This document shows, piece by piece, positions 21,523 to 31,100 of a DNA stretch of 64,000 nucleotides (positions are counted from its first letter, which is position 1; each line of letters opens with the position of its first letter). The stretch covers positions 184,029 to 248,028 of the IMG/VR virus record IMGVR_UViG_3300032007_000003; one strand, given 5' to 3'. The translations under genes were made by a program, and so were the position numbers. This DNA is from a virus. Taxonomy: Duplodnaviria; Heunggongvirae; Uroviricota; Caudoviricetes. A model generated the notes under the pieces. It had not been told where the DNA came from. It searched no databases and saw only the letters and a list, made by a program, of their open reading frames with translations.

Positions 21523-22842
21523 ATGAGGAAAATAATGCTTTTGTTATGCGCATTCGTAACATTGACAGCCAATGCACAAAGGGTATCAGAGATTGAAGCC
21601 TTTAAGAAGGCTCAGAAGTTCTTGAATGATAAGAAACTGAAAGCACCACGTGCAACAACTCGTGGTGAAGAGGTCTATAACCCCTATTATATCTTCAATG
21701 CGGAGGATGGTAAGGGTTGTGTCATCATCAGTGGTGATGAGAGACTACCAGAGGTTCTTGCGTATTCAAAGGAAGAGTCTATTGATGAGAATAACCTTCC
21801 AGAAGGTTTGGAAGAAATATTGCCAATATTAAAAACAAGAGGTAGCACTAGGGGAGAGACATATGGAGAAATACCATCAGAGTATGTTCCAAGGAATACG
21901 ACACCAATACCTTGTCTGATGGACTACGTATGGAAACAAGGCTCACCATTGAATCAATATTGCCCAATACTTTATGAGGAAGGCTCTAGGTCAGATATTC
22001 ATGCACTTGTTGGGTGTGTACCTCTTGCAATATCAGAAGTGATGGCGTTTTTTAAATATCCAGATAGTGTGGATGAATTTGTTACATCATACACAGTTCA
22101 AAAAGAAGGTGAAGTTTTCTCTGAGTCTTCTTATATAAGGGATGTAACAGTTCCATATACAGAATTTAAATGGAATCTGATAAGAAATGAGAAATATAAT
22201 GGTTATACTTGGTCTGATGAAGAGGAAAAGGCTGTTGCAGAATTGTGCTATCATGTTGGACGTGCATTTGGGGCAAATTATGCACCTAGCAATACTTGTG
22301 CAAATTCCATGCAATATTATTTTGATTGGGAGATTATTATGAAGGACATCTACAAGTATGATGAAGTAAAATTCCTTGGCGGTGAATGGATACAACATAC
22401 AGATTATTGGGAATATATTCCTATTCCAGATGAAGATTATTGGAACTTTCTTGATTCGTACTTAGAGAGGGGCGTTCCAGTTGTGGTTGGTGGCGGTGGT
22501 CATGAATTCGTTATTGACGGACGTGATGATAAAGGCATGTATTGTTGGATTGATAAACACCTATATGTTATTTTGCAGCCAAGTTTATGGGAGAAAATAG
22601 GTGATAGTGGTGCATTGGTTAAATATAATAAAAAATTACACATGTTAGCTTTTATTCCTCCAAAGGAGCATACATACAGATATACACCAAAGCAAACGAC
22701 AACAGCAATCAATTCCGTTGAGGTTAAGAAGGATTATGATGGGTTTGTGTATAATCTCCAAGGACAAAAGGTCAGCAATACGCTTGAAGGATTGCCCAAG
22801 GGGGTATATATCAAGGATGGAAAGAAATATCTTGTTAAATGA
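21523..22842 (+). CDS. Secreted peptidase C10 (streptopain/interpain family) with Spi-like prodomain and T9SS-like C-terminal tail
   Basis: Signal peptide MRKIMLLLCAFVTLTANA|Q; prodomain YYIFN...GCVIISGDERLPEVLAYS; WKQ; catalytic GCVP (Cys 22015-17) and GGHEFVIDG (His 22501-03); tail VYNLQGQKV...KGVYIKDGKKYLVK. Confidence 0.8.
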   Translation: MRKIMLLLCAFVTLTANAQRVSEIEAFKKAQKFLNDKKLKAPRATTRGEEVYNPYYIFNAEDGKGCVIISGDERLPEVLAYSKEESIDENNLPEGLEEILPILKTRGSTRGETYGEIPSEYVPRNTTPIPCLMDYVWKQGSPLNQYCPILYEEGSRSDIHALVGCVPLAISEVMAFFKYPDSVDEFVTSYTVQKEGEVFSESSYIRDVTVPYTEFKWNLIRNEKYNGYTWSDEEEKAVAELCYHVGRAFGANYAPSNTCANSMQYYFDWEIIMKDIYKYDEVKFLGGEWIQHTDYWEYIPIPDEDYWNFLDSYLERGVPVVVGGGGHEFVIDGRDDKGMYCWIDKHLYVILQPSLWEKIGDSGALVKYNKKLHMLAFIPPKEHTYRYTPKQTTTAINSVEVKKDYDGFVYNLQGQKVSNTLEGLPKGVYIKDGKKYLVK

Positions 22843-22849
22843 AAATATT

Positions 22850-22881
22850 AAAAGAGTAACTAGCGTAGTTACTCTTTTTTT
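22850..22881. terminator. Bidirectional intrinsic terminator
   Basis: AAAAGAGTAACTA-gcg-TAGTTACTCTTTT, between convergent genes. Confidence 0.8.
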
Positions 22882-23345
22882 ATGTTATGATTAATTTCTC
22901 CAATAACATCACTAAACTCTTTTAATCTAAAATTGTAGTCCTCAATAAGTTTTTTCATCATATCTTGGTCATATATTCTACCATTACTATTTTTCGCATC
23001 AAAACTTGCTTTCATTGGCACAATTCTAGCATTGAAATAAAACGGATTATCTTTCAAAGACTCTATCACTTTTGTTTTATCCTCGCAGATGCTCTTAAAA
23101 GCCTCTGTATCGTCTTCAGATAGTTCAAACCATTCACCTATAAGGTTCTTCTCTTTGAAGTGATTGTGGAGCATTTTTTCAAGTTTGAAAGGATGTTCAG
23201 TTTCAAATGACTCCTTGATATAGAGTTCTGATGAACTTCCAGTCTGAAGCTGTTTTAGCCTCTTATTTACGTTTTTTGCCCTCGTAGAGCCAATCTTATA
23301 GTTGGTGTTATTTCCAACTTCTCCAATTAAATAAACATATCCCAT
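22869..23345 (-). CDS. T5orf172/MUG113 (GIY-YIG-like) domain protein with C-terminal extension
   Basis: GYVYLI...YKIGST...KRLKQLQTG...LEKMLHNHF...GEWFEL. Confidence 0.75.
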   Translation of the reverse strand: MGYVYLIGEVGNNTNYKIGSTRAKNVNKRLKQLQTGSSSELYIKESFETEHPFKLEKMLHNHFKEKNLIGEWFELSEDDTEAFKSICEDKTKVIESLKDNPFYFNARIVPMKASFDAKNSNGRIYDQDMMKKLIEDYNFRLKEFSDVIGEINHNIKKE

Positions 23346-23383
23346 AGTATATAAAATATAATACTCTTTATTATTTAATAAAG

Positions 23384-23392
23384 ATATTTATA
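23384..23392 (+). promoter_or_regulatory. Putative phage late-class promoter ATATTTATA
   Basis: About 20 nt upstream of the ATG; the motif recurs before several other genes (see findings). Confidence 0.45.
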
Positions 23393-23412
23393 TAAAAATT
23401 ATATTATATATT

Positions 23413-26400
23413 ATGAGACATGCAAAATTATTTAATAATCACTCTGAATACGAGGCATATATGGCAGGGAATAACGTAGCTTTGCCAGTTGTGTCATGGT
23501 GTATATTAGAGGAAGAACCACATTTTAACCCTTATATTTTAGAGACTAAAATGGTAGCTAAGTTTAATGTTACTAGTACAAGTGAACCAACAAGAATTAT
23601 AGGTATTTTTAAAGGTTCTATCTATCATGCATCGTCTATAGAGATTGATGGCGTTGAGCAACCAAGTGTGGTAACTGGTTATACTTTTAGTACAACTGGT
23701 ATACATACCGTTAAATATACGTTGGCAGATGATAGTACATTTTCAACTATGCTTGCGTTTTGTACCGATATGACTGAGGTAACTATACCAAATACAGTCA
23801 CAAGTATACATAGTAGCGCTTTACAAGGTTGTAGTGGTCTTACAAGTTGTACAATAGGCAGTGGCGTAATAACTATTGGTGATTCTATTTTTAGTAATTG
23901 TACCAATCTTGCAAGTATAGTTATAAATGATAGTAACGTGGTATATGATTCACGTGATAATTGCAACGCTATTATAAAAACTAGCACTAATGAGTTAGTT
24001 GCTGGTTGTAAAAACACTATTATACCAAGTAGTGTCACAAGTATTGGTAATAGTGCTTTCATAGGTTGTAGTAGTCTTACGAGTATAAATATACCAAGTA
24101 GTGTTACAAGTATTGGTGATTATGCTTTTGTTACGTGCAATGGTCTTACAAGTATGAACATTCCAAGTAGTGTTACAAGCATAGGTGATTGTATTTTTGG
24201 TAGTTGTAGTAGTATTTCAAGTATAACTGTTAACAGTAATAACAGTATATATGATTCACGTGATAATTGCAATGCTATTATAAAGACTAGTACCAATGAG
24301 TTAGTTGCTGGTTGTAAGAACACTATTATACCAAGTAGTGTCACAAGTATTGGTGATTATGCTTTTTATAGTTGTACTAGTCTTACAAGCATAGACATTC
24401 CAAGTGGAGTTACAAGTATTGGTGAGCAAGCTTTCTATAATTGTAGTGTTCTTAGTAGTATAACCATACCTAATAATGTTACAAGTATTAATCATCAAGC
24501 TTTTAGAAGCTGTAATGCTTTGGAAAGTGTTGAGATTTCAGATGGTGTAGAAACAATAGGTGTTGGAGTATTTGACTATTGTGATTCTTTGACTGATGTT
24601 ATAATAGGTACTGGCATCACTAGTATAGGAAGTTCATCATTCTATGGAAGTAATAATCTAGAAAGCATAACTATTCTTGCAACAACTCCTCCAACATTAG
24701 GAAGTGAAATGTTTACAAGCAATAAATTCACAATTTATGTTCCAGCAGAAAGTGTTAGTACATATAAAGCAGCAGATAGGTGGAGTAATTATAGCGATAG
24801 AATACAACCATTGGGCTGTACACCAGGGCATGTATATACTCTTATTGGAAACCCTACATACCCATCAACAGTTGCAGCAACTGCAACGTCATTTCAAATG
24901 TCATTTGATTATGATGATGTTTACACATCCCCTGCTTGTGAAAGTTCAACCACAAGTGGTAGCAGTACCGTATTAGTTACAATAACAGCAAATCCTACAA
25001 CATCTGCAAGAACCATAAGTGGGTCTTATGACTTCGATGGACTGAGTGTACCATATAGTCTTACACAAGAAGGACAGTCAGATTCACCTTACTCGCAGCA
25101 ATATCTTACGTTTGAAGTAATTGAAGGTGGCGAAATAAGATGGACTGCAAAAAGTGGTTTAACTAAAACTATTTCATATAGTAAAGATAATGGCTCTACA
25201 TGGACAGAGATAACATCAGTAGCATCTGGTACTCCTATTAGTGTAAGTGCAGGAGACAAGGTTCTATTTAAGGGAAATAATGCTCAATACGCATCTGCTA
25301 AAGACACGGGTTCTTGTTTTAGTGGTGGTACAGCTCAATATAATGCATATGGTAATGTAATGAGTCTTATTGGTGGTGATAATTTTACTGGATTGACAGC
25401 TTTTACTCAAGATTGGGCACTTCACAATTTGTTTAGTAAATCTAAAGTTGTCTCAGCAAAGAATCTAATTCTTCCAGTAGTGACACTTACAAATTGTTGT
25501 TATCGTGGTATGTTTGCAAATGCCACTGGACTTACAGAAGCACCAGAAATCCCAGCAACAACATTGGCAACAAGTGCTTGTTGTTATATGTTTGAAAACT
25601 GTGCAATAACTAAAGCGCCAGAACTCCTAGCACTAACAGTTCCATCATTTTGCTATAGAGGTATGTTTACTGGTTGTACTAGTCTTAACTACATTAAATG
25701 TCTAGCAACAAATATTTCTGCTAGCAATTGTATACAAGATTGGGTGGTAAATGTTTCGCCAAGTGGTACATTTGTTAAAAATCCAAATATGAATGGATGG
25801 CCAAGGGGTAATAGTGGCATACCTACAAACTGGATATTAATTGATGATGGTACACCTGATACACCTATAATTAATTTTAACGGGCTAGAAATTGAATTAT
25901 TATGCAACACTCAAGAGGCTAGTATATATTACCAATTAAATCATAGCGGTAGTTATTCATTATATAGTACACCAATATTAATAAATTCTGATACATTTAT
26001 TGAATGTTATGCAGAAAAGGATAGTTTATCAAGTATTACAACAAGCATGACTTGCGAGTATGATAGTAGAACTATATATGAATATTCAAATGAAGTCATT
26101 AGTTCATGGACATATAATAATAGTGCAATAACAACACCTTATTCTGTTAATGCAATAGATGGACATTCTAGTAATTATGCTAAGGGTACGTTTAATTTTG
26201 AAACGAGTGTTAATCTTCGTCAAGCAGAACCAACATATTTGTGGTTTCAACACGCTGACCAATCAGCATCAATATATGTTGACAACACATTAGTAGAAAA
26301 ACACTGGGGAGGTTATGCTGCATTTACAGTTGATTTGACAAATCATGTTCATAAGGGAACAAATAATATCAAGGTAGCCTTGAAAAATAATGAGGGCAAC

Positions 26401-28050
26401 TATCTTGCTCCAGCAGCGGGTGACTTTAACTTCAATGCAACTCTTGGTAACGTGAAATTATTCACAAGTCCATATGTACCTGCAATGAGTTATGGATATG
26501 ATGGCTTCCATATCACGTCAACAGTGTCTTCAGCAGAGGCTACAATCTATGTCAAGACTGCAATACCTACTGGTGCTACAGTAACATGCACAATCAGTGG
26601 AACAAACTGTAATTATACAGCAACAAGTGCTAGTACTGGGGCTGAAATGATATTTACAACAACTATTACAAACCCTCGTCTTTGGAACGGTACGATTGAC
26701 CCATATTTGTATACTGTAAAACTTGATATATCTCACAACAATGAGTTGTATCATAGTTATACTAGACCTTATGGTTTGAGATTCTTCGAATACGTAATCA
26801 ATGATACTGAGAAATATGGAACGGCTGGAAATCCTTATACTGGATTCTTGCTTAATGGTCAACCATATCTATTAAGAGGTGTATGTGCGCACGATGACTT
26901 AGCAAATAAAGCAAACGCACTTAATGATACCGATTATACACAAGAATTCAATATCATAACTGAGTTGGGATGTAATTTCTTACGTCTTGCTCACTATCCT
27001 CACCCAAAAGAGGTATATGATAAGTGTGACCAACTTGGTATAGTGGTACAGACTGAAGCACCTTGGGTAAACTCATCAACCACAGGTATGCCAGAATCTT
27101 ATTGGACTCACCTTGAAACCCAGATGAGTGATATGGTTAATCAACATTATAATCACCCTTGTATTCTGTTCTGGGGTGTAGGTAATGAGATTAACACATC
27201 AGTAAGTTCTGGTGATGAAGGAAAGAATTTTGTTAAAAATAAAATTGAAGGTTATAGAAGTACAATAAGAACATTGATACCAGACGCATTGGTTGGATAT
27301 ACAGTAAGTCACAGTACACAAAATGCTTTAGGAGCATTTAATTATCCTACAGTAGATTGGGTTGGTAATAACATATATGTCGGTTGGTATATTAATCAAG
27401 ATTCAAATAACCCAACTAGTAGACTTAATACTGCAATAAATAATGCTACTGGTCATAGTATACCTTGTGCGTTCACTGAGTATGGTTGTGGTGGTACACA
27501 ACGTTGTCATTCAGATGACTTTATGACAACAACCACGAGGGGTAATAACCCAAGACACGACATTGAATATATGATGTGGCTACATGAAGGTCATATTGCG
27601 GCAATTAAGAACAAACCAGAGTTGCTATTCACATCACAGTGGCAGTTATTTGATATTGCAGTTTGGAATAGACAAGAAGGATATAAAGTGTGCTTGGATG
27701 ACGTAAACGTGACTGATGATAACAATCTAAAGTTCCTCAATAACAAAGGTCTTGTTGAAAGAGACCACGTTACAAAGAAGGATACATTCTATTTGTATAA
27801 GGCATGGTGGAATCCTACTCCATTCGTACATATCTGTGGAAAAAATTACACAAAAACAACTAGCAGAGTCATCAAGTGTTATACTAATGAAAGTGGTACA
27901 TTTAATTTATATGTAAATGGAAATCAAACCCCAGTTGCAACAGCAACAGCATCTAACAATATAGTAGAATTTGCTGAAACTAACTTCAGTAGCGGGGATG
28001 TTATAAGGGTAGATGGTACAACTACTAGTGATACATTTACGTTTGATTAG
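23413..28050 (+). CDS. BspA-type LRR / Ig-like / glycoside hydrolase family 2 fusion; putative virion adhesin-glycosidase
   Basis: LRR_5 repeats (IPSSVTSIGDYAF.GC..L); Ig-like modules; second LRR type (YMFENC..TKAPELLA); CHB/HEX-like module; GH2 from about 26070 with LLNGQPYLLRGV, FLRLAHYPH, FWGVGNE (Glu 27187-89), AFTEYGCGG (Glu 27478-80), KGLV...KKDTFYLYKAWW. Confidence 0.85.
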   Translation: MRHAKLFNNHSEYEAYMAGNNVALPVVSWCILEEEPHFNPYILETKMVAKFNVTSTSEPTRIIGIFKGSIYHASSIEIDGVEQPSVVTGYTFSTTGIHTVKYTLADDSTFSTMLAFCTDMTEVTIPNTVTSIHSSALQGCSGLTSCTIGSGVITIGDSIFSNCTNLASIVINDSNVVYDSRDNCNAIIKTSTNELVAGCKNTIIPSSVTSIGNSAFIGCSSLTSINIPSSVTSIGDYAFVTCNGLTSMNIPSSVTSIGDCIFGSCSSISSITVNSNNSIYDSRDNCNAIIKTSTNELVAGCKNTIIPSSVTSIGDYAFYSCTSLTSIDIPSGVTSIGEQAFYNCSVLSSITIPNNVTSINHQAFRSCNALESVEISDGVETIGVGVFDYCDSLTDVIIGTGITSIGSSSFYGSNNLESITILATTPPTLGSEMFTSNKFTIYVPAESVSTYKAADRWSNYSDRIQPLGCTPGHVYTLIGNPTYPSTVAATATSFQMSFDYDDVYTSPACESSTTSGSSTVLVTITANPTTSARTISGSYDFDGLSVPYSLTQEGQSDSPYSQQYLTFEVIEGGEIRWTAKSGLTKTISYSKDNGSTWTEITSVASGTPISVSAGDKVLFKGNNAQYASAKDTGSCFSGGTAQYNAYGNVMSLIGGDNFTGLTAFTQDWALHNLFSKSKVVSAKNLILPVVTLTNCCYRGMFANATGLTEAPEIPATTLATSACCYMFENCAITKAPELLALTVPSFCYRGMFTGCTSLNYIKCLATNISASNCIQDWVVNVSPSGTFVKNPNMNGWPRGNSGIPTNWILIDDGTPDTPIINFNGLEIELLCNTQEASIYYQLNHSGSYSLYSTPILINSDTFIECYAEKDSLSSITTSMTCEYDSRTIYEYSNEVISSWTYNNSAITTPYSVNAIDGHSSNYAKGTFNFETSVNLRQAEPTYLWFQHADQSASIYVDNTLVEKHWGGYAAFTVDLTNHVHKGTNNIKVALKNNEGNYLAPAAGDFNFNATLGNVKLFTSPYVPAMSYGYDGFHITSTVSSAEATIYVKTAIPTGATVTCTISGTNCNYTATSASTGAEMIFTTTITNPRLWNGTIDPYLYTVKLDISHNNELYHSYTRPYGLRFFEYVINDTEKYGTAGNPYTGFLLNGQPYLLRGVCAHDDLANKANALNDTDYTQEFNIITELGCNFLRLAHYPHPKEVYDKCDQLGIVVQTEAPWVNSSTTGMPESYWTHLETQMSDMVNQHYNHPCILFWGVGNEINTSVSSGDEGKNFVKNKIEGYRSTIRTLIPDALVGYTVSHSTQNALGAFNYPTVDWVGNNIYVGWYINQDSNNPTSRLNTAINNATGHSIPCAFTEYGCGGTQRCHSDDFMTTTTRGNNPRHDIEYMMWLHEGHIAAIKNKPELLFTSQWQLFDIAVWNRQEGYKVCLDDVNVTDDNNLKFLNNKGLVERDHVTKKDTFYLYKAWWNPTPFVHICGKNYTKTTSRVIKCYTNESGTFNLYVNGNQTPVATATASNNIVEFAETNFSSGDVIRVDGTTTSDTFTFD
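23942..24354 (+). repeat. 107-bp internal duplication in the LRR region (23942-24048 / 24248-24354)
   Basis: Identical 35-aa peptide YDSRDNCNAIIKTSTNELVAGCKNTIIPSSVTSIG; five synonymous third-position differences. Confidence 0.85.
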
Positions 28051-28072
28051 TACATTTTTATATAAACCTTAC

Positions 28073-28103
28073 AAAAGGGCATCCAAATGGGTGCTCTTTT
28101 TTT
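28073..28103 (+). terminator. Intrinsic terminator
   Basis: AAAAGGGCATCC-aaat-GGGTGCTCTTTT followed by a T run. Confidence 0.75.
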
Positions 28104-28186
28104 GTTTATAATAATATTTATTATAAAATGTTTAAGCAAGTCCTTACTTGCTTTTCTTAATAACTTATTTAAGTAGAAATTACAAT

Positions 28187-31100
28187 ATGGCAAGAGACAG
28201 AAGAAAGTTGCAACATATCCATAGCAGTATTGCGGATAGGCAACCAACACCAGCAACACTTGCTGTTGGTGAAATTGCGGTTAACAACGCAGACAAAAAA
28301 GAATTCCTTTCAATTAAAAGTTCAAATGACAAGGTAGTAAGATTTTCTTCAGACGAGCAGATGATTACTTGGATGGAGAAAAAGGAAGTTATGCCTTATG
28401 TTGGATATGTAAGAGGTGGGGCTGGTCCTTCAGCCACTAGTGCTGACACACCAACAAAAGATGCATATGGTTCTTATGGTATTCAGACCTCTGACCTTAC
28501 TGGAAATACATCTGAGATTATCATCAAGCTCAACCAAGTTGCTGCAAAGAACACTGGTAAATACAATAGGGTTAATGCTTCAAAGGACAGATATAATAAG
28601 GATGTAAACCCAACAACAGATGCTGGCGTAACAGATGGTGCTGGTTTCTTTATTGACATGTCACGTTATGCAATGCAAGGGGCTAACCCAACATTCAGTG
28701 GAATCACAAATACTTGTTATTCGAATCTTAATGGTACAACCAAGATTAAAGGTGTTGATGGTGATTGTGGAAGTTTACTTGAAATAACCATTAATAGCGC
28801 AAAAACTGATATTGAGACCGCTAAAACTGAGATTACAAGTGCTACTACTGTAATAGGAACTAATTCTACTACAATTAGTGGAAATACTGTACTGAAAGTT
28901 AGTGGAACAACAAATGATACATATAAGGATAATGTAACAATTACAAATCAGAAAAATAAACAAGAAACAACAAATTCAGGACTTACAGAACTTGTAAAAG
29001 GTGATAATTATCGTGATGTAAATGGTAACTATACTGGCACTACTGGTGGAACAACAACTGAGGTTAAAGTTAAAGATGTTTCAGAAACTAATCAGAGTGG
29101 CTACACTCTTGTTACAAGCGGTAACACAACTGAAACCAAAAAAGGCGCTGTTTCAGAAACTAATCTTAATACAACAAGTATCGTAAGATATAGTGGTGTA
29201 ACTGAGGATAATAAGAGTTCAGTTACAAGGACAACAAGTGGTGCAACAACTGAGACATTCAAAGGTCAAGTGACTGAGAATAATCAGAGTGGTTATACTA
29301 TCAATACCACAGGTAATGTTATTGAAAATACAACAGGAACAACTACTATTGATAGACATAATAATGTAAGCGAAAATAATCGTAGTAATGTAACCGTAGT
29401 TACAAGTGGAAATAGCACTGTAACTATAAGTGGTAATACAGTAATTAACCATAGTGGTACTACTAACTACAATTATATTAGTGCAACAACTTTAAGTGGT
29501 TCTTCACTTGCAAGCACAACTACTGGAGGAACATCATTAAATGTAAGTGGTAACACAACAATTAAAACTTCTGGTGCTACTAAACTTGATTCAACTGGTA
29601 CTACAACCATTCAATCAACTGGTAATGGTTCAGACGTATTAATCTATGCTAAGGATAATCTTACTGCTACAGCAACTACAATTACAGCCACTTCAAGCAG
29701 TGCTACTAGTTTTAATGTTGGAGGTAATTTAACTGGAAAGGTTACTGGTAACACGGATGTTACAGTAAGCGGAACTACTACTATTAAGACTGAAGATGGG
29801 ACTACAATTCAGACAACAAGTGGTGATACTAATATAAACACAAGTGGAAATACTAATGTAACATCAACAGGTGCAACAACAGTTACTTCAACAGGAAATA
29901 CCACAATCACTACTAATGGTGCTAACAATAAGGTTACAATACAATCTACTAGCAATGGCGGTGATGTTGAGGTGTTTGCTAAAGATACTCTTTGCGAGAG
30001 TGGTGGCACTACTGCTGCATTTGTTGGCTCTACAAAGACTAATATCGGTATTAACTGTGCAGATGGTGGTCAGACACAAACATTGAACATTAAGGCTAAT
30101 ACAGCTAATACAGTTTCAACAAGTGCATATACAAGTGCAACAACTGCTACTACTGTTATTGGTACAGCTAACACATCTGCGACTACTGCAACTTTTAGTG
30201 GTAACACCCTTGATATAACAGAGGCAACAAGCACTACATTAAAGTCACCTGCAACAACTTTCAGTGGAACGTCACTAACACTAAATGAGGGCACTAGCAT
30301 ATCAGCTAAAACCCCTGCAACAACTGTGAGTGGCAGTACTTTAGTATTAAACGAGCTTACTAGTGTTTCAGCAAAGACTCCTGCAACATATGTTAGTGGT
30401 ACAACTTTAGAGGCAAAAGAAGCAAGTATTAATCTTAGTGCTTCAACTGGTACTGATATAAGCGGTGGTACATTCTTAAGTACTACTACAGGAGGAACAT
30501 CATTTGTTGTTGGAGGAAATACTACTATTACTACAACAGGAGATACTACAATTGAGACCAATGGTGCTAACAATAAAGTAACAGTTAAATCTACTGGTAA
30601 TGGTGGTGATATTGATGTATTAGCAAAAGATGCTCTTACTATAACAGGAAATTCAATATCTCTAAAGTCACCTGCAACAACTATCAGTGGAACGTCACTA
30701 ACACTAAATGAGGGCACTAGCATATCAGCTAAGACACCTACAACATATGTAAGTGGTACAAGTCTCAATGTTACTGAGACTAATACAACCATTAGCACAT
30801 GTGGAAAGTTTGAGGTGACATCAGATGTTTTCTCACTTAAGCAGTGTAGTACTAGCGGTGGTAGTGTTGCATTCGAATTCTGTAACGGATTTGGTGTTAA
30901 GAGTAATGCTGTTACCTTTGAACAGTGTGGAACTGAAGGAATATTTACCATAAAAGAGAAAACAACAAGTATTAGTGGAACAACTTTAGAAGCAAAAGAA
31001 ACTAATATTAATCTTAGTGCATCTACTAGCACTAATATCAGTGGAGGCTCGTTCACAAATACCGCTACTGGCGCTATAGCAATGAATGCAGGCACAACCA

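Noticed and set aside
23942-24354. DGR template/variable repeat pair
   Set aside because: The differences are synonymous and not adenine-specific, both copies are coding, and there is no reverse transcriptase in the window.
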